A stretch of 64,000 nucleotides of DNA from a virus. A model generated the notes under the pieces. The model saw only the letters and a program-made list of their open reading frames with translations. It ran no database searches and had not been told where the DNA came from. Where the stretch lies: positions 76,421 through 140,420 of IMG/VR virus record IMGVR_UViG_3300046820_003928; one strand, written 5' to 3'. Shown here piece by piece: positions 39,146 through 47,202 of this stretch; the first letter of the stretch is position 1; each line of letters starts with the position of its first letter. Both the position numbers and the translations under genes were made by a program.

Positions 39146-39961
39146 CTATTTACCAGGCGTAAATGCTGAAAATTCAGAGGATCCTGGACAATGATCTGTT
39201 CCTTTGAATTCACAGTATGTGCAAGACATTCTGTTCTTAATTACCTTTCCAGACTGGACGCTTGTTATCATCGAAGTAACAAGCTTGTTTGCATTCTCGA
39301 GAGTTTTGGGACCGACAGAGATATCGATTAGTTCACAAGCCTTTCCTGGCTTTGTACCCCGCTTTAAAAGAACAAAGCCGCACTTAATTTCTTTGGGATC
39401 TATCTCAAACTTCTGGCTTGTGTAATACTTGTAGAGTGCAAGCTGCGCCTGAACTAGGAAATCTCTTCGCTTATCAGCATTCCACCCTCTTGCAGACGTC
39501 GTCTTCCAGTCAATGAGCCAGAGACGATCTTGTCCTCTTTTATTCTTGGCCTTGATCATTCCGTCAATAAATCCCTTGAACTTGACGCTATGACCTTCAA
39601 CAGACTCATACAATGCATGCTCAGATGAAATACACTCCCACCCTGGAAAGTTTTCTTCAAGAAATTGCGGTATCTCTTCGATTATTTGCTTTGCTTCTTT
39701 GACCCAGGGATCAGGATTTCCAAATCCTTTTTTCTCCCATCCTGTTCGAATATTCTCTTCAAGTCTCTCAAGATTGAAGGTTCGAGACTTTAGAAAATCC
39801 TCACACTCAAGATGGACGTGTGTTCCAAAGTCGATGTTAGGGCTTGGCTTGAACATGTCAATTTTGTCAATATAGACAAGCCTATGACGCCAAGAGCATT
39901 CTTTCCAAGCCCTAACCTCAGAATATGAAACGTGTGGTTTACCAGTTGGGAATGTAGTCAC
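39146..39961 (-). CDS. PD-(D/E)XK exonuclease, Cas4/RecB-like with Fe-S cysteines
   Basis: SYS...C, FGTHVH, GFID, IDWKT, QLALY, C-terminal CTYC...C. Confidence 0.85.
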   Translation of the reverse strand: MTTFPTGKPHVSYSEVRAWKECSWRHRLVYIDKIDMFKPSPNIDFGTHVHLECEDFLKSRTFNLERLEENIRTGWEKKGFGNPDPWVKEAKQIIEEIPQFLEENFPGWECISSEHALYESVEGHSVKFKGFIDGMIKAKNKRGQDRLWLIDWKTTSARGWNADKRRDFLVQAQLALYKYYTSQKFEIDPKEIKCGFVLLKRGTKPGKACELIDISVGPKTLENANKLVTSMITSVQSGKVIKNRMSCTYCEFKGTDHCPGSSEFSAFTPGK

Positions 39962-39967
39962 AACCTA

Positions 39968-39996
39968 AAAATAATCAAAAATTTAAACTTTTACAA
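39968..39996 (-). promoter_or_regulatory. Sigma70-like promoter, probably leaderless
   Basis: TTGTAA(39996-39991)-17 nt-TATTTT(39973-39968), 6 nt before GTG 39961. Confidence 0.45.
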
Positions 39997-39997
39997 G

Positions 39998-40963
39998 CTA
40001 AATGACCTCTTTCCAATAGTCGACCATTTCCTTGATCATTGTTTCAAAAGTATAAGTCGGTTCCCAGCCTAGAACTCTTCTTGCCTTTTCTGAGTCTCCA
40101 CACAGATAGTTCAATTCCTCGGGTCTTTTGAATTTGTCATCTTGCACAACAAAATCACGATAATCCATTCCAAGATGCTCAAAAGTAACCTTGCAAAGAT
40201 CTCTAACAGATTGAGTTTTTCCTGTTGCCACAACAAAATCATCAGCAACATTGTGATTCACTATAAGATTCATTGCCTTAACGTAATCTTTTGAATGTCC
40301 CCAGTCTCGATATGAATCTAAATTTCCTAAAACAAGCTTGTCTGCCTGTCCTTTAGAAATCTGGACTGCAGTTTTTACGACTTTATTTGTAACAAAATTC
40401 GAACCTCTTCTAGGAGACTCGTGATTGAAAAGAATTCCATTGCAAGCGTGTAAACCATAGGCATGACGATAATGTCTAACAAGATTAAAACCTAAAAGTT
40501 TTGCGCAGCCATATGGGCTAACTGGTTTCATTTGTGTATTCTCATTTTGAGAACCGTTTGATTCTACACTATTACCAAACATCTCAGAAGATGAAGCTTG
40601 ATAGAATTTTGCATTAGGAGAAATGTTTCTATATGCCTCTAGAGCATTTAGAACACCTACGGCGTTTGTCTGAATGGTGAATGCAGGCATATCAAAGCTA
40701 ATTCTAACATGACTCATTGCGCCCAGGTTATAGATCTCATCTGGCATAACATCGCCAAAAATTCTATTAATTGAAAATGGATCCAGCAAATCACCATAAT
40801 GTGTGACTATCTTTCCCACAAGATGCTTGATTCTTGCATCTTGATTTTCTGCAACTGAATGTCTACGAACTATTCCATGAACTTCGTATCCTTTCTCGAT
40901 CAAATGCTCAGCAAGATAGCTTCCATCCTGCCCAGAGATTCCTGTTATAAGAGCTTTTTTCAC
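39998..40963 (-). CDS. gmd: GDP-mannose 4,6-dehydratase
   Basis: ITGISGQDGSYLA, YQASSSEMFG, SPYGCAK, FNHESPRRG, LGNLD...RDWGH. Confidence 0.95.
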   Translation of the reverse strand: MKKALITGISGQDGSYLAEHLIEKGYEVHGIVRRHSVAENQDARIKHLVGKIVTHYGDLLDPFSINRIFGDVMPDEIYNLGAMSHVRISFDMPAFTIQTNAVGVLNALEAYRNISPNAKFYQASSSEMFGNSVESNGSQNENTQMKPVSPYGCAKLLGFNLVRHYRHAYGLHACNGILFNHESPRRGSNFVTNKVVKTAVQISKGQADKLVLGNLDSYRDWGHSKDYVKAMNLIVNHNVADDFVVATGKTQSVRDLCKVTFEHLGMDYRDFVVQDDKFKRPEELNYLCGDSEKARRVLGWEPTYTFETMIKEMVDYWKEVI

Positions 40964-41692
40964 TTATTCTCCAAAAATTGTTAGATCTGAGAGCTTTGTG
41001 TAATTGTAAGATCCCCCAGAATCCTCGTTCACTGTTGGAACTTGATCCATAAGAAGAATGCCGCGAGCTGCATCTTCGGGTGTCATGTACATATGATAAC
41101 CTAGAATTCTAACATGACCATCATTGGTGTAAGGAGTTGTTAGATCTCTACCGTCATAAGAAGCAAGTTTTAGCCACCTTGCTGCTTCTTCATCATTTGT
41201 TAGAATAATTCCACCTTTTCCAATCGGGACTCGCTTTTTAAGCTGGAAGGATACCACTTGTAATGCATCTTCTCCCACAAACATTCCTTGTGTCCACCTA
41301 ACGGCTGCATCCCAGATTCTTGTTCCTTCTAGCTGGTAGAGTCCACTCCACTCTAGATCTTTAAATTTCACTGCAAGACCTGCATGCTTGATTTGCATAG
41401 GTACAGAGACATATGTTCGATCTGGAATTGTAATGATACTATTATCGTCTAGTTCACCTTTGTACTGGAGAAACTTAAGAGATAGAAATAGACCGTGGGA
41501 GCAACAATCTGTCGTAATTGCATATTTTGCTCCTGCAAAGTCAGCTACTTTTTTCTCAAAAATATCCACTACATCTCGAGGATCTTTCCATTCATATCCA
41601 TGACTCTTGATGGTTTCTAGTTCATGTCTTTGGAACTCTTTGGGAAGTTTACCAAGAGGCCAACTATTATATTGATACTTGCTTTTTTCCAT
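40964..41692 (-). CDS. Short DegT/DnrJ/EryC1-family PLP-dependent sugar aminotransferase-like protein
   Basis: FEKKVADFAGAKYA, WDAA, SFQLKK...GKGGIILTND, GYHMYMT; likely start 41692; ~240 aa. Confidence 0.78.
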   Translation of the reverse strand: MEKSKYQYNSWPLGKLPKEFQRHELETIKSHGYEWKDPRDVVDIFEKKVADFAGAKYAITTDCCSHGLFLSLKFLQYKGELDDNSIITIPDRTYVSVPMQIKHAGLAVKFKDLEWSGLYQLEGTRIWDAAVRWTQGMFVGEDALQVVSFQLKKRVPIGKGGIILTNDEEAARWLKLASYDGRDLTTPYTNDGHVRILGYHMYMTPEDAARGILLMDQVPTVNEDSGGSYNYTKLSDLTIFGE

Positions 41693-42371
41693 GTTGATCA
41701 CACTCAATAATATCGTGAAATTCTTCAATGATTAAATGAATTGCACTTTGACCTAGATGAATATCATCCATAATGTATTTCTGGTCTGTCAATCCATTAG
41801 AGAGAATCATTTTTTTTGTGATGTCCCTGTATAGGACATATTCATTATCACATTCTTTTCTTAAAATTTCATTAAAAAGAAGCGTCATTTTATTTCTAGT
41901 TAAAACATTTCCATAGCCAGGAGCGTCTGCTGAGGCGATTGGTCCATAGACTCCGAGTTTAGGATGTATAGTTTTTACAGATCTAATCGTATTCAAATAG
42001 TTTTCAATACAGGTCTTAATAGTTTTTTCGTAAGATTCTGAATTTCTATCCGCAATATAGCCTATGTGGTGCCTAATATCAATTTCACCAAAAGATAAAA
42101 AGACATAGTTGTTTTGAGTTATTTTGTATTGTTCAATAACTTCTTTGATTTTTTCTATCTTTGTATAAGAATTAAATGCTGTGTGAGCACCTATTCTAAC
42201 AGCACAAAAATATGGAATTTTTTGTTCAAAACGATTCACTTTTTCTTTTATTTGGCCTTCTTTCAGAGTATAGCAAGATCCAAATTCTGGCTGCATGTGT
42301 CTCAATCCATCATGAGTCTTGTCAGCTCCTGAGAAAACAGAAACATGACTATCACCTATTAAATAAATCAT
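41667..42371 (-). CDS. SGNH/GDSL-like hydrolase (possible sugar O-acetyl esterase or transferase)
   Basis: IGDSH near the N-terminus, FGEIDIR, C-terminal DDIH. Confidence 0.7.
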   Translation of the reverse strand: MIYLIGDSHVSVFSGADKTHDGLRHMQPEFGSCYTLKEGQIKEKVNRFEQKIPYFCAVRIGAHTAFNSYTKIEKIKEVIEQYKITQNNYVFLSFGEIDIRHHIGYIADRNSESYEKTIKTCIENYLNTIRSVKTIHPKLGVYGPIASADAPGYGNVLTRNKMTLLFNEILRKECDNEYVLYRDITKKMILSNGLTDQKYIMDDIHLGQSAIHLIIEEFHDIIECDQHGKKQVSI

Positions 42372-43188
42372 TTGAATACACCTTTTTGATATTTTCTGTC
42401 AACATAATAGAAACCATTGATATTGCAGAAATATCTGCCTTTAGAAGGAAGTCACATTTAGACAGCGCATAAATCTCTCTCATACACTCTAAACCTAATT
42501 TGTAGTTGTGCATGGGTCTTACGTAGGCATGCCTATCATATGGATCTAAATGCTGATTTATGATATCTGCCCTATAAAAATCTTCGTGGTATATTATGGG
42601 AATATCTACAGATCTCTGTATTTCATGTATTGATTCTATTGAATCTGAGGCTAGAAAAATTTGTTGTATTGAAGCATTCTCAATTAAAATTTTCTTGATT
42701 GAATTAATATATTGTTGAATATCAGAAACGTTGTTGTATCTTTTCATATCTGTCAGTCGAACTTGGACTCCAAGTGTCACAAGATTCTTTATCTTTGATT
42801 CATAATATTCATTTATTTTTTGATTCAAATCTTCTTTCAAAGAAAAAGAATTATAGAATTTATCTTTCAATGTTACGAAATCGGATGGGTCTTTAAAAAT
42901 CTCTTGATTATTGTAGCTTATGGATCCGCATGTTACGCTATCAAAAAATTGATCAACATGTACCGGTCTAGCCTCTTGATCAAAGTAGTATTCCCAACAG
43001 TTATCTGTGTTGAATAATGTGTGTTCTTTTTCTGTACAAACACAAGCGTTTTTTGACATATCAACAAAAAGTTTTTTATCGTTGCTTATCTGAGAAAGCG
43101 CATTTAAGACTATAAAAATATTTCCTGCAAAACCTACGCCAGCAAATTTGTGATCATTTGAAATCTTATTGAATTGCAACAAGTTCAT
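42352..43188 (-). CDS. NodZ/O-fucosyltransferase-like (GT23-type) glycosyltransferase
   Basis: LGVQVRLTDMK, IFLASDS and YALSKCDFLL...SAIS match the GT23/O-FucT motif set. Confidence 0.7.
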   Translation of the reverse strand: MNLLQFNKISNDHKFAGVGFAGNIFIVLNALSQISNDKKLFVDMSKNACVCTEKEHTLFNTDNCWEYYFDQEARPVHVDQFFDSVTCGSISYNNQEIFKDPSDFVTLKDKFYNSFSLKEDLNQKINEYYESKIKNLVTLGVQVRLTDMKRYNNVSDIQQYINSIKKILIENASIQQIFLASDSIESIHEIQRSVDIPIIYHEDFYRADIINQHLDPYDRHAYVRPMHNYKLGLECMREIYALSKCDFLLKADISAISMVSIMLTENIKKVYSNDLFNR

Positions 43189-43709
43189 TCTTTGTATCCT
43201 AGTTCTTTGGCATTTTCTAGAATTTTATCTGGGTTTATTAGCTTAACTAGCTTTGCAGGATTTCCTTTATAAACTCCCCACGGCACTGTGTCACCAATTA
43301 GAACACTACCAACAGTAACTAAAGTACCTTTTCTTAAGATAGACCCAGGCATTACAACGGCATTTGTTCCAATATTAGAGAATTCCTCCATAACTACGGG
43401 TTCAATTATTTGACTTCCCTTAAGATGTTTTGGAATCATTGCACCAAATAGACCAGAATCATCAAATCTATCAGATCCGCAAATAATTCTGGCTCCCGCC
43501 ATAATGTTGTTGAATCCTAAAGCCGTAAATGATCCTAAATCTCCACCAATGCAAGTAACGTAAGGAGAGATGTGAATATAGTTACCTAATTTTAGCTGTG
43601 TGGTACAATAAAATCCTTTATCAATAGCTACATGATCACCAATAGATGCATTTTCATGATTTTTTATGTAAACATCAGAATTTATAATAACATCCTTTCC
43701 TAGTATCAT
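43185..43709 (-). CDS. Hexapeptide-repeat (LbetaH) acyltransferase
   Basis: IGDHVAID, LGNYIHISP, IGTNAVVMPG, YKGNPAK. Confidence 0.85.
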   Translation of the reverse strand: MILGKDVIINSDVYIKNHENASIGDHVAIDKGFYCTTQLKLGNYIHISPYVTCIGGDLGSFTALGFNNIMAGARIICGSDRFDDSGLFGAMIPKHLKGSQIIEPVVMEEFSNIGTNAVVMPGSILRKGTLVTVGSVLIGDTVPWGVYKGNPAKLVKLINPDKILENAKELGYKE

Positions 43710-43718
43710 CTATTTCAC

Positions 43719-44141
43719 CTAAATGAAGACTTTATCGTTGGACTGACCTTCGTATGGTCCCGTCTTGTACTCATATACGATGGTGTCATCCTCTAATATC
43801 TCATAGTTGTGACCAGCATCTAAGGTAAAACTAGCATCACCTTGTTCAAGGATTGGAGTTGCAAGAACTGTATCATCAATATCATAGAAAATACATCTAA
43901 CTCTACCTTTAATTACAACCCAAGATTCCTGAGCAATCTGCTCATGATACTCTCTATGCTTTCTAATGTGCTTATGAGGCTTAAAAGTTTTTCCACCATT
44001 CATTGACAAGAAAGAACATTGAATAAAGTTATTTTCATCAATCAAGTCAACTCGATGATTCTCGCCCGTCTTAATGTTAAGACGGTGAATTACATGAAGA
44101 AGCTTGCAAGGATCAACTTTAGAGTAGTATTTCTCAATCAT
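43719..44141 (-). CDS. WbuC-like cupin protein
   Basis: PHKH...ESWVVIKG...GHNYEILED...EYKTGPY. Confidence 0.75.
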   Translation of the reverse strand: MIEKYYSKVDPCKLLHVIHRLNIKTGENHRVDLIDENNFIQCSFLSMNGGKTFKPHKHIRKHREYHEQIAQESWVVIKGRVRCIFYDIDDTVLATPILEQGDASFTLDAGHNYEILEDDTIVYEYKTGPYEGQSNDKVFI

Positions 44142-44934
44142 TTAGGTAATTCTCACATAGATAGTCTTCTGCTATTGGCAAACTATTTGTAATATCAAAA
44201 TTTTCTTCAATTGCTTTCATTTTATCATAATATATGCTTTCATCAAGATTTTTAATATCAGTGTTGTCATCTAGAAATATAACTCCATCTGGATTGAAGA
44301 ATTTTTCAATAGATCTTGTGCCCCAATAGATTGGAATTGTTTTAGAAGCAAAACAATCAGTTAGTTTTTCAGTAAACATTGTATCATAATTTCCATTTTC
44401 AATGGCTACAGAAAACTTGTAATCAAATAAGCCTTCATCTTTGGTTTTAATTTCATTAAAACCCCTTCCAAAGTGATCAACTTGATTCTTAAACTTCTGT
44501 ATTAGATGCTGTCGATATAAGTGCTCATTGCACATAATTTTTGAAGATGCAATCATTGATACTTTTTTAGACTTTGGCCTATTGTCAAAATCTCCAACCC
44601 AGGGCTTGGAATTGCATATTACAAATTTTATTTTATTAGAAAGAGACATCAAGCTCTTGTCGTGTGTAAAGATATAATCAAATTCTTGCTCAAGAAAACT
44701 AATGTTATTCTCTACTGCAGAATATACGCCAGGTATGATTGATCTTGCTTCAACAATCCAGGCATAGTTCTTATTTCTTTTATTAACCCTGTGCGTGAAC
44801 ATTGCATTATCAATGTGAATTGATATATTGCTTGATAAATCCTTTGTCCATTCTATTTTGGTTGGAACGTAACCCGCAGATGAGCAAATGTCGTGCTGAA
44901 AACCCCCGCCAACCATGTTGACTTTTATTCTCAT
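44134..44934 (-). CDS. GT10-family (alpha-1,3/4-fucosyltransferase-like) glycosyltransferase
   Basis: YKFSVAIEN...FTEKL...TIPIYWG signature. Confidence 0.85.
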   Translation of the reverse strand: MRIKVNMVGGGFQHDICSSAGYVPTKIEWTKDLSSNISIHIDNAMFTHRVNKRNKNYAWIVEARSIIPGVYSAVENNISFLEQEFDYIFTHDKSLMSLSNKIKFVICNSKPWVGDFDNRPKSKKVSMIASSKIMCNEHLYRQHLIQKFKNQVDHFGRGFNEIKTKDEGLFDYKFSVAIENGNYDTMFTEKLTDCFASKTIPIYWGTRSIEKFFNPDGVIFLDDNTDIKNLDESIYYDKMKAIEENFDITNSLPIAEDYLCENYLND

Positions 44935-45734
44935 AGTTTTAACCAGGTTTCAGGTATTAGATCAGAAGAATTTAGATGTTCTAGATTCTTTCCAAACCAC
45001 TGCTGCGGTGCTATGACTATCTTTTCAGGATTAGTATTAAGCCACGCACCCCACCAAGAAAAAGATGAGTTAGCTATGATATTATGCGCACACTTAGACA
45101 TCAAAGACATCTCCATGTAATCCTTGTTTTCACTCGAGAACATAATATCTTTCTTAAAATCACTTTCTTTAAAATTTTTTTTGCACCATTCAATATCATC
45201 ACTAAAGATCATGACATGATCTATTTTTGCACCAATTTGATTAATAGAATTAATGTAGTATTCTTTTGAGATAACTGGATGATTTTCACTAAACTTTAGA
45301 TAATCTCCCCTTCTTATATGAATTGAACACGTCTTTTTTAAATCAAAATTATTATATTTTGAAATATCAATGCAATCTGTGTCAAAGATTTTAACTATAT
45401 CATCCCTTGAATCTATAAAGTACTTTTCACTTTGAAAAAATCCGTCAAATAGCATTCCATCTCTAATATCATTAAATTGGACATAGTGAAATGGAAAATT
45501 AACTTGATATTGAGGCGGGTTATGAACACTTTCATCGATATTTTTTATGAATCTTCGATACTCGTGCGAATAATGACAGTTTTGATTGTGTATCTTGTCA
45601 TTTTTTAAATTTTCTATGTGATTACTAAAATTTGGAAAAGAGCATGAGATGCCCGATCTTTTAGAAAAACTATTCATGGCTGCTATTTGAAACATCATGT
45701 TTCCTAGCCCACCCTTTAGATTGCAGTAAATCAT
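44931..45734 (-). CDS. GT11-family (alpha-1,2-fucosyltransferase-like) glycosyltransferase
   Basis: GGLGNMMFQ, HIRRGDY, FSDDIEWC, IIANSSFSWWGAWL. Confidence 0.92.
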   Translation of the reverse strand: MIYCNLKGGLGNMMFQIAAMNSFSKRSGISCSFPNFSNHIENLKNDKIHNQNCHYSHEYRRFIKNIDESVHNPPQYQVNFPFHYVQFNDIRDGMLFDGFFQSEKYFIDSRDDIVKIFDTDCIDISKYNNFDLKKTCSIHIRRGDYLKFSENHPVISKEYYINSINQIGAKIDHVMIFSDDIEWCKKNFKESDFKKDIMFSSENKDYMEMSLMSKCAHNIIANSSFSWWGAWLNTNPEKIVIAPQQWFGKNLEHLNSSDLIPETWLKL

Positions 45735-46489
45735 CTATTTTTTTCAATTGTGTTGTATGGATTTCTTGTTCGAATGAGTCTGTCAACTCTATTCTGGTCA
45801 TCTGCGTTAATTACATCATCACTGATTGGATTCCACCTATTATAGACATAAAGAATATTTGGAATATAGACAAAATTTCCTCCTGACATTTCAAGCATAG
45901 GAATCATAAATGAGACGTCCCATCCGGTTCTGAAATATTCTCCATCTTCGTCTCTCAGATCCTCATCTTTAATGGCATACCATAGATGACTTTTAAATGT
46001 CCTAAGATGACTTGAAATAAACTTGTAAGATCTATAAGATCCATCCCTAATTACTTCTGGTGGAAAGTTCCTTGGAAAAGAAGTCTCTCCTGTTGGCCAG
46101 TGAATAAAACTTCCGTACGTAAGAAGAGGATTGTTTTTCTCATACACCTGATCAACGAGACTTAGGGAGTACTCACAAAAAAGATAATCATCCCCATCAA
46201 CAATCATGAGAACAGATTCAGGATCTTCCTTGCATCCTAGCTGATTAAAACCGTCGACAATATTTTGAAGCGCTTTTTTGTTTATTGTGTTGTGAACAAC
46301 AGAGAATCTACTGTCTCCAAAATTCTGGATGAATTCATCTATTTTTTGTCCAGTCCCATCTGTTGATGCATCATTAAAGATGATGCACTCATAGTTTGTG
46401 TGTGCCTGGTTTCTAATTGAAAAAAGACAGCGCTGTATCCAATTTTCAGTATTATAAGTTGGAACAACTATCTTGAATTTTGTTGTCAT
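45731..46489 (-). CDS. Glycosyltransferase family 2 (GT-A)
   Basis: IVVPTYN, NDASTDGT, VDGDD. Confidence 0.9.
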   Translation of the reverse strand: MTTKFKIVVPTYNTENWIQRCLFSIRNQAHTNYECIIFNDASTDGTGQKIDEFIQNFGDSRFSVVHNTINKKALQNIVDGFNQLGCKEDPESVLMIVDGDDYLFCEYSLSLVDQVYEKNNPLLTYGSFIHWPTGETSFPRNFPPEVIRDGSYRSYKFISSHLRTFKSHLWYAIKDEDLRDEDGEYFRTGWDVSFMIPMLEMSGGNFVYIPNILYVYNRWNPISDDVINADDQNRVDRLIRTRNPYNTIEKNR

Positions 46490-47202
46490 CTTTCTTCTCT
46501 ATTTGTGCTAGTATTTCTTCTGTAGAGATAAGGAGATTCTGCAAGAATAGAAGTCGATCTAAGGCTCAATGTAACTCTTGAATTGAAATCAGAATCTTCA
46601 CTATGCAAAACTCTAATTCCAATTTCGGGCGGATTAAATCTAAATCCAATATCCCATATCTGCTTAATGAACATTGCGCTTACACCTGCTGTCTCAAAAT
46701 CTCCAGTAAAGTAATGATTAATTCCAGGTGTTTGGAATCCAAAAGCAACAGCAGCAGAGACATCACTTGGCCCTATGATCTTCAAAGATTCTGGCTTCTT
46801 TAGAGAAGAACCTTCAAGAACGTCTTTTTCATTCCAGCAGTGCTTAAATCCACAAAGATTGTGGATTGTGTTTGTCTCTTTCATTGCTGCAATCTGCGAT
46901 GAGATCCTCCAGGAAAGAGAAACATCATCTGCATCGTGAGCTGTACAGATTGATGCGTTAGTTGTTGAAAATGCAACGTTAAGAGCGTTCCACTTACCAG
47001 AGTTCTTTTCAAGTCCTATGAATCTTATCCTGGGATCAGAGAAAGATCCTACGATATCTCGAACCTGATCTCTATCATCCGAGAAATCGTCAATAATTGC
47101 GATATCAAGATTTTGATAATCTTGGGACAGAATGCTCTTGATCGACTCTTTAAGATATGATTGATGATTGTAGTTGCAAATTGCAACGCAAACCTTGCTC
47201 AT
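46486..47202 (-). CDS. Glycosyltransferase family 2 (GT-A)
   Basis: ICNYN, IIDDFSDD, NSGKWNALN, HDADD, SEDSDF. Confidence 0.88.
   Translation of the reverse strand: MSKVCVAICNYNHQSYLKESIKSILSQDYQNLDIAIIDDFSDDRDQVRDIVGSFSDPRIRFIGLEKNSGKWNALNVAFSTTNASICTAHDADDVSLSWRISSQIAAMKETNTIHNLCGFKHCWNEKDVLEGSSLKKPESLKIIGPSDVSAAVAFGFQTPGINHYFTGDFETAGVSAMFIKQIWDIGFRFNPPEIGIRVLHSEDSDFNSRVTLSLRSTSILAESPYLYRRNTSTNREER

Noticed and set aside
39146-39961. Cas4-like nuclease as a sign of a CRISPR-Cas system
   Set aside because: There is no repeat-spacer array or other cas gene in the window, and solo Cas4-like nucleases are common in phages.
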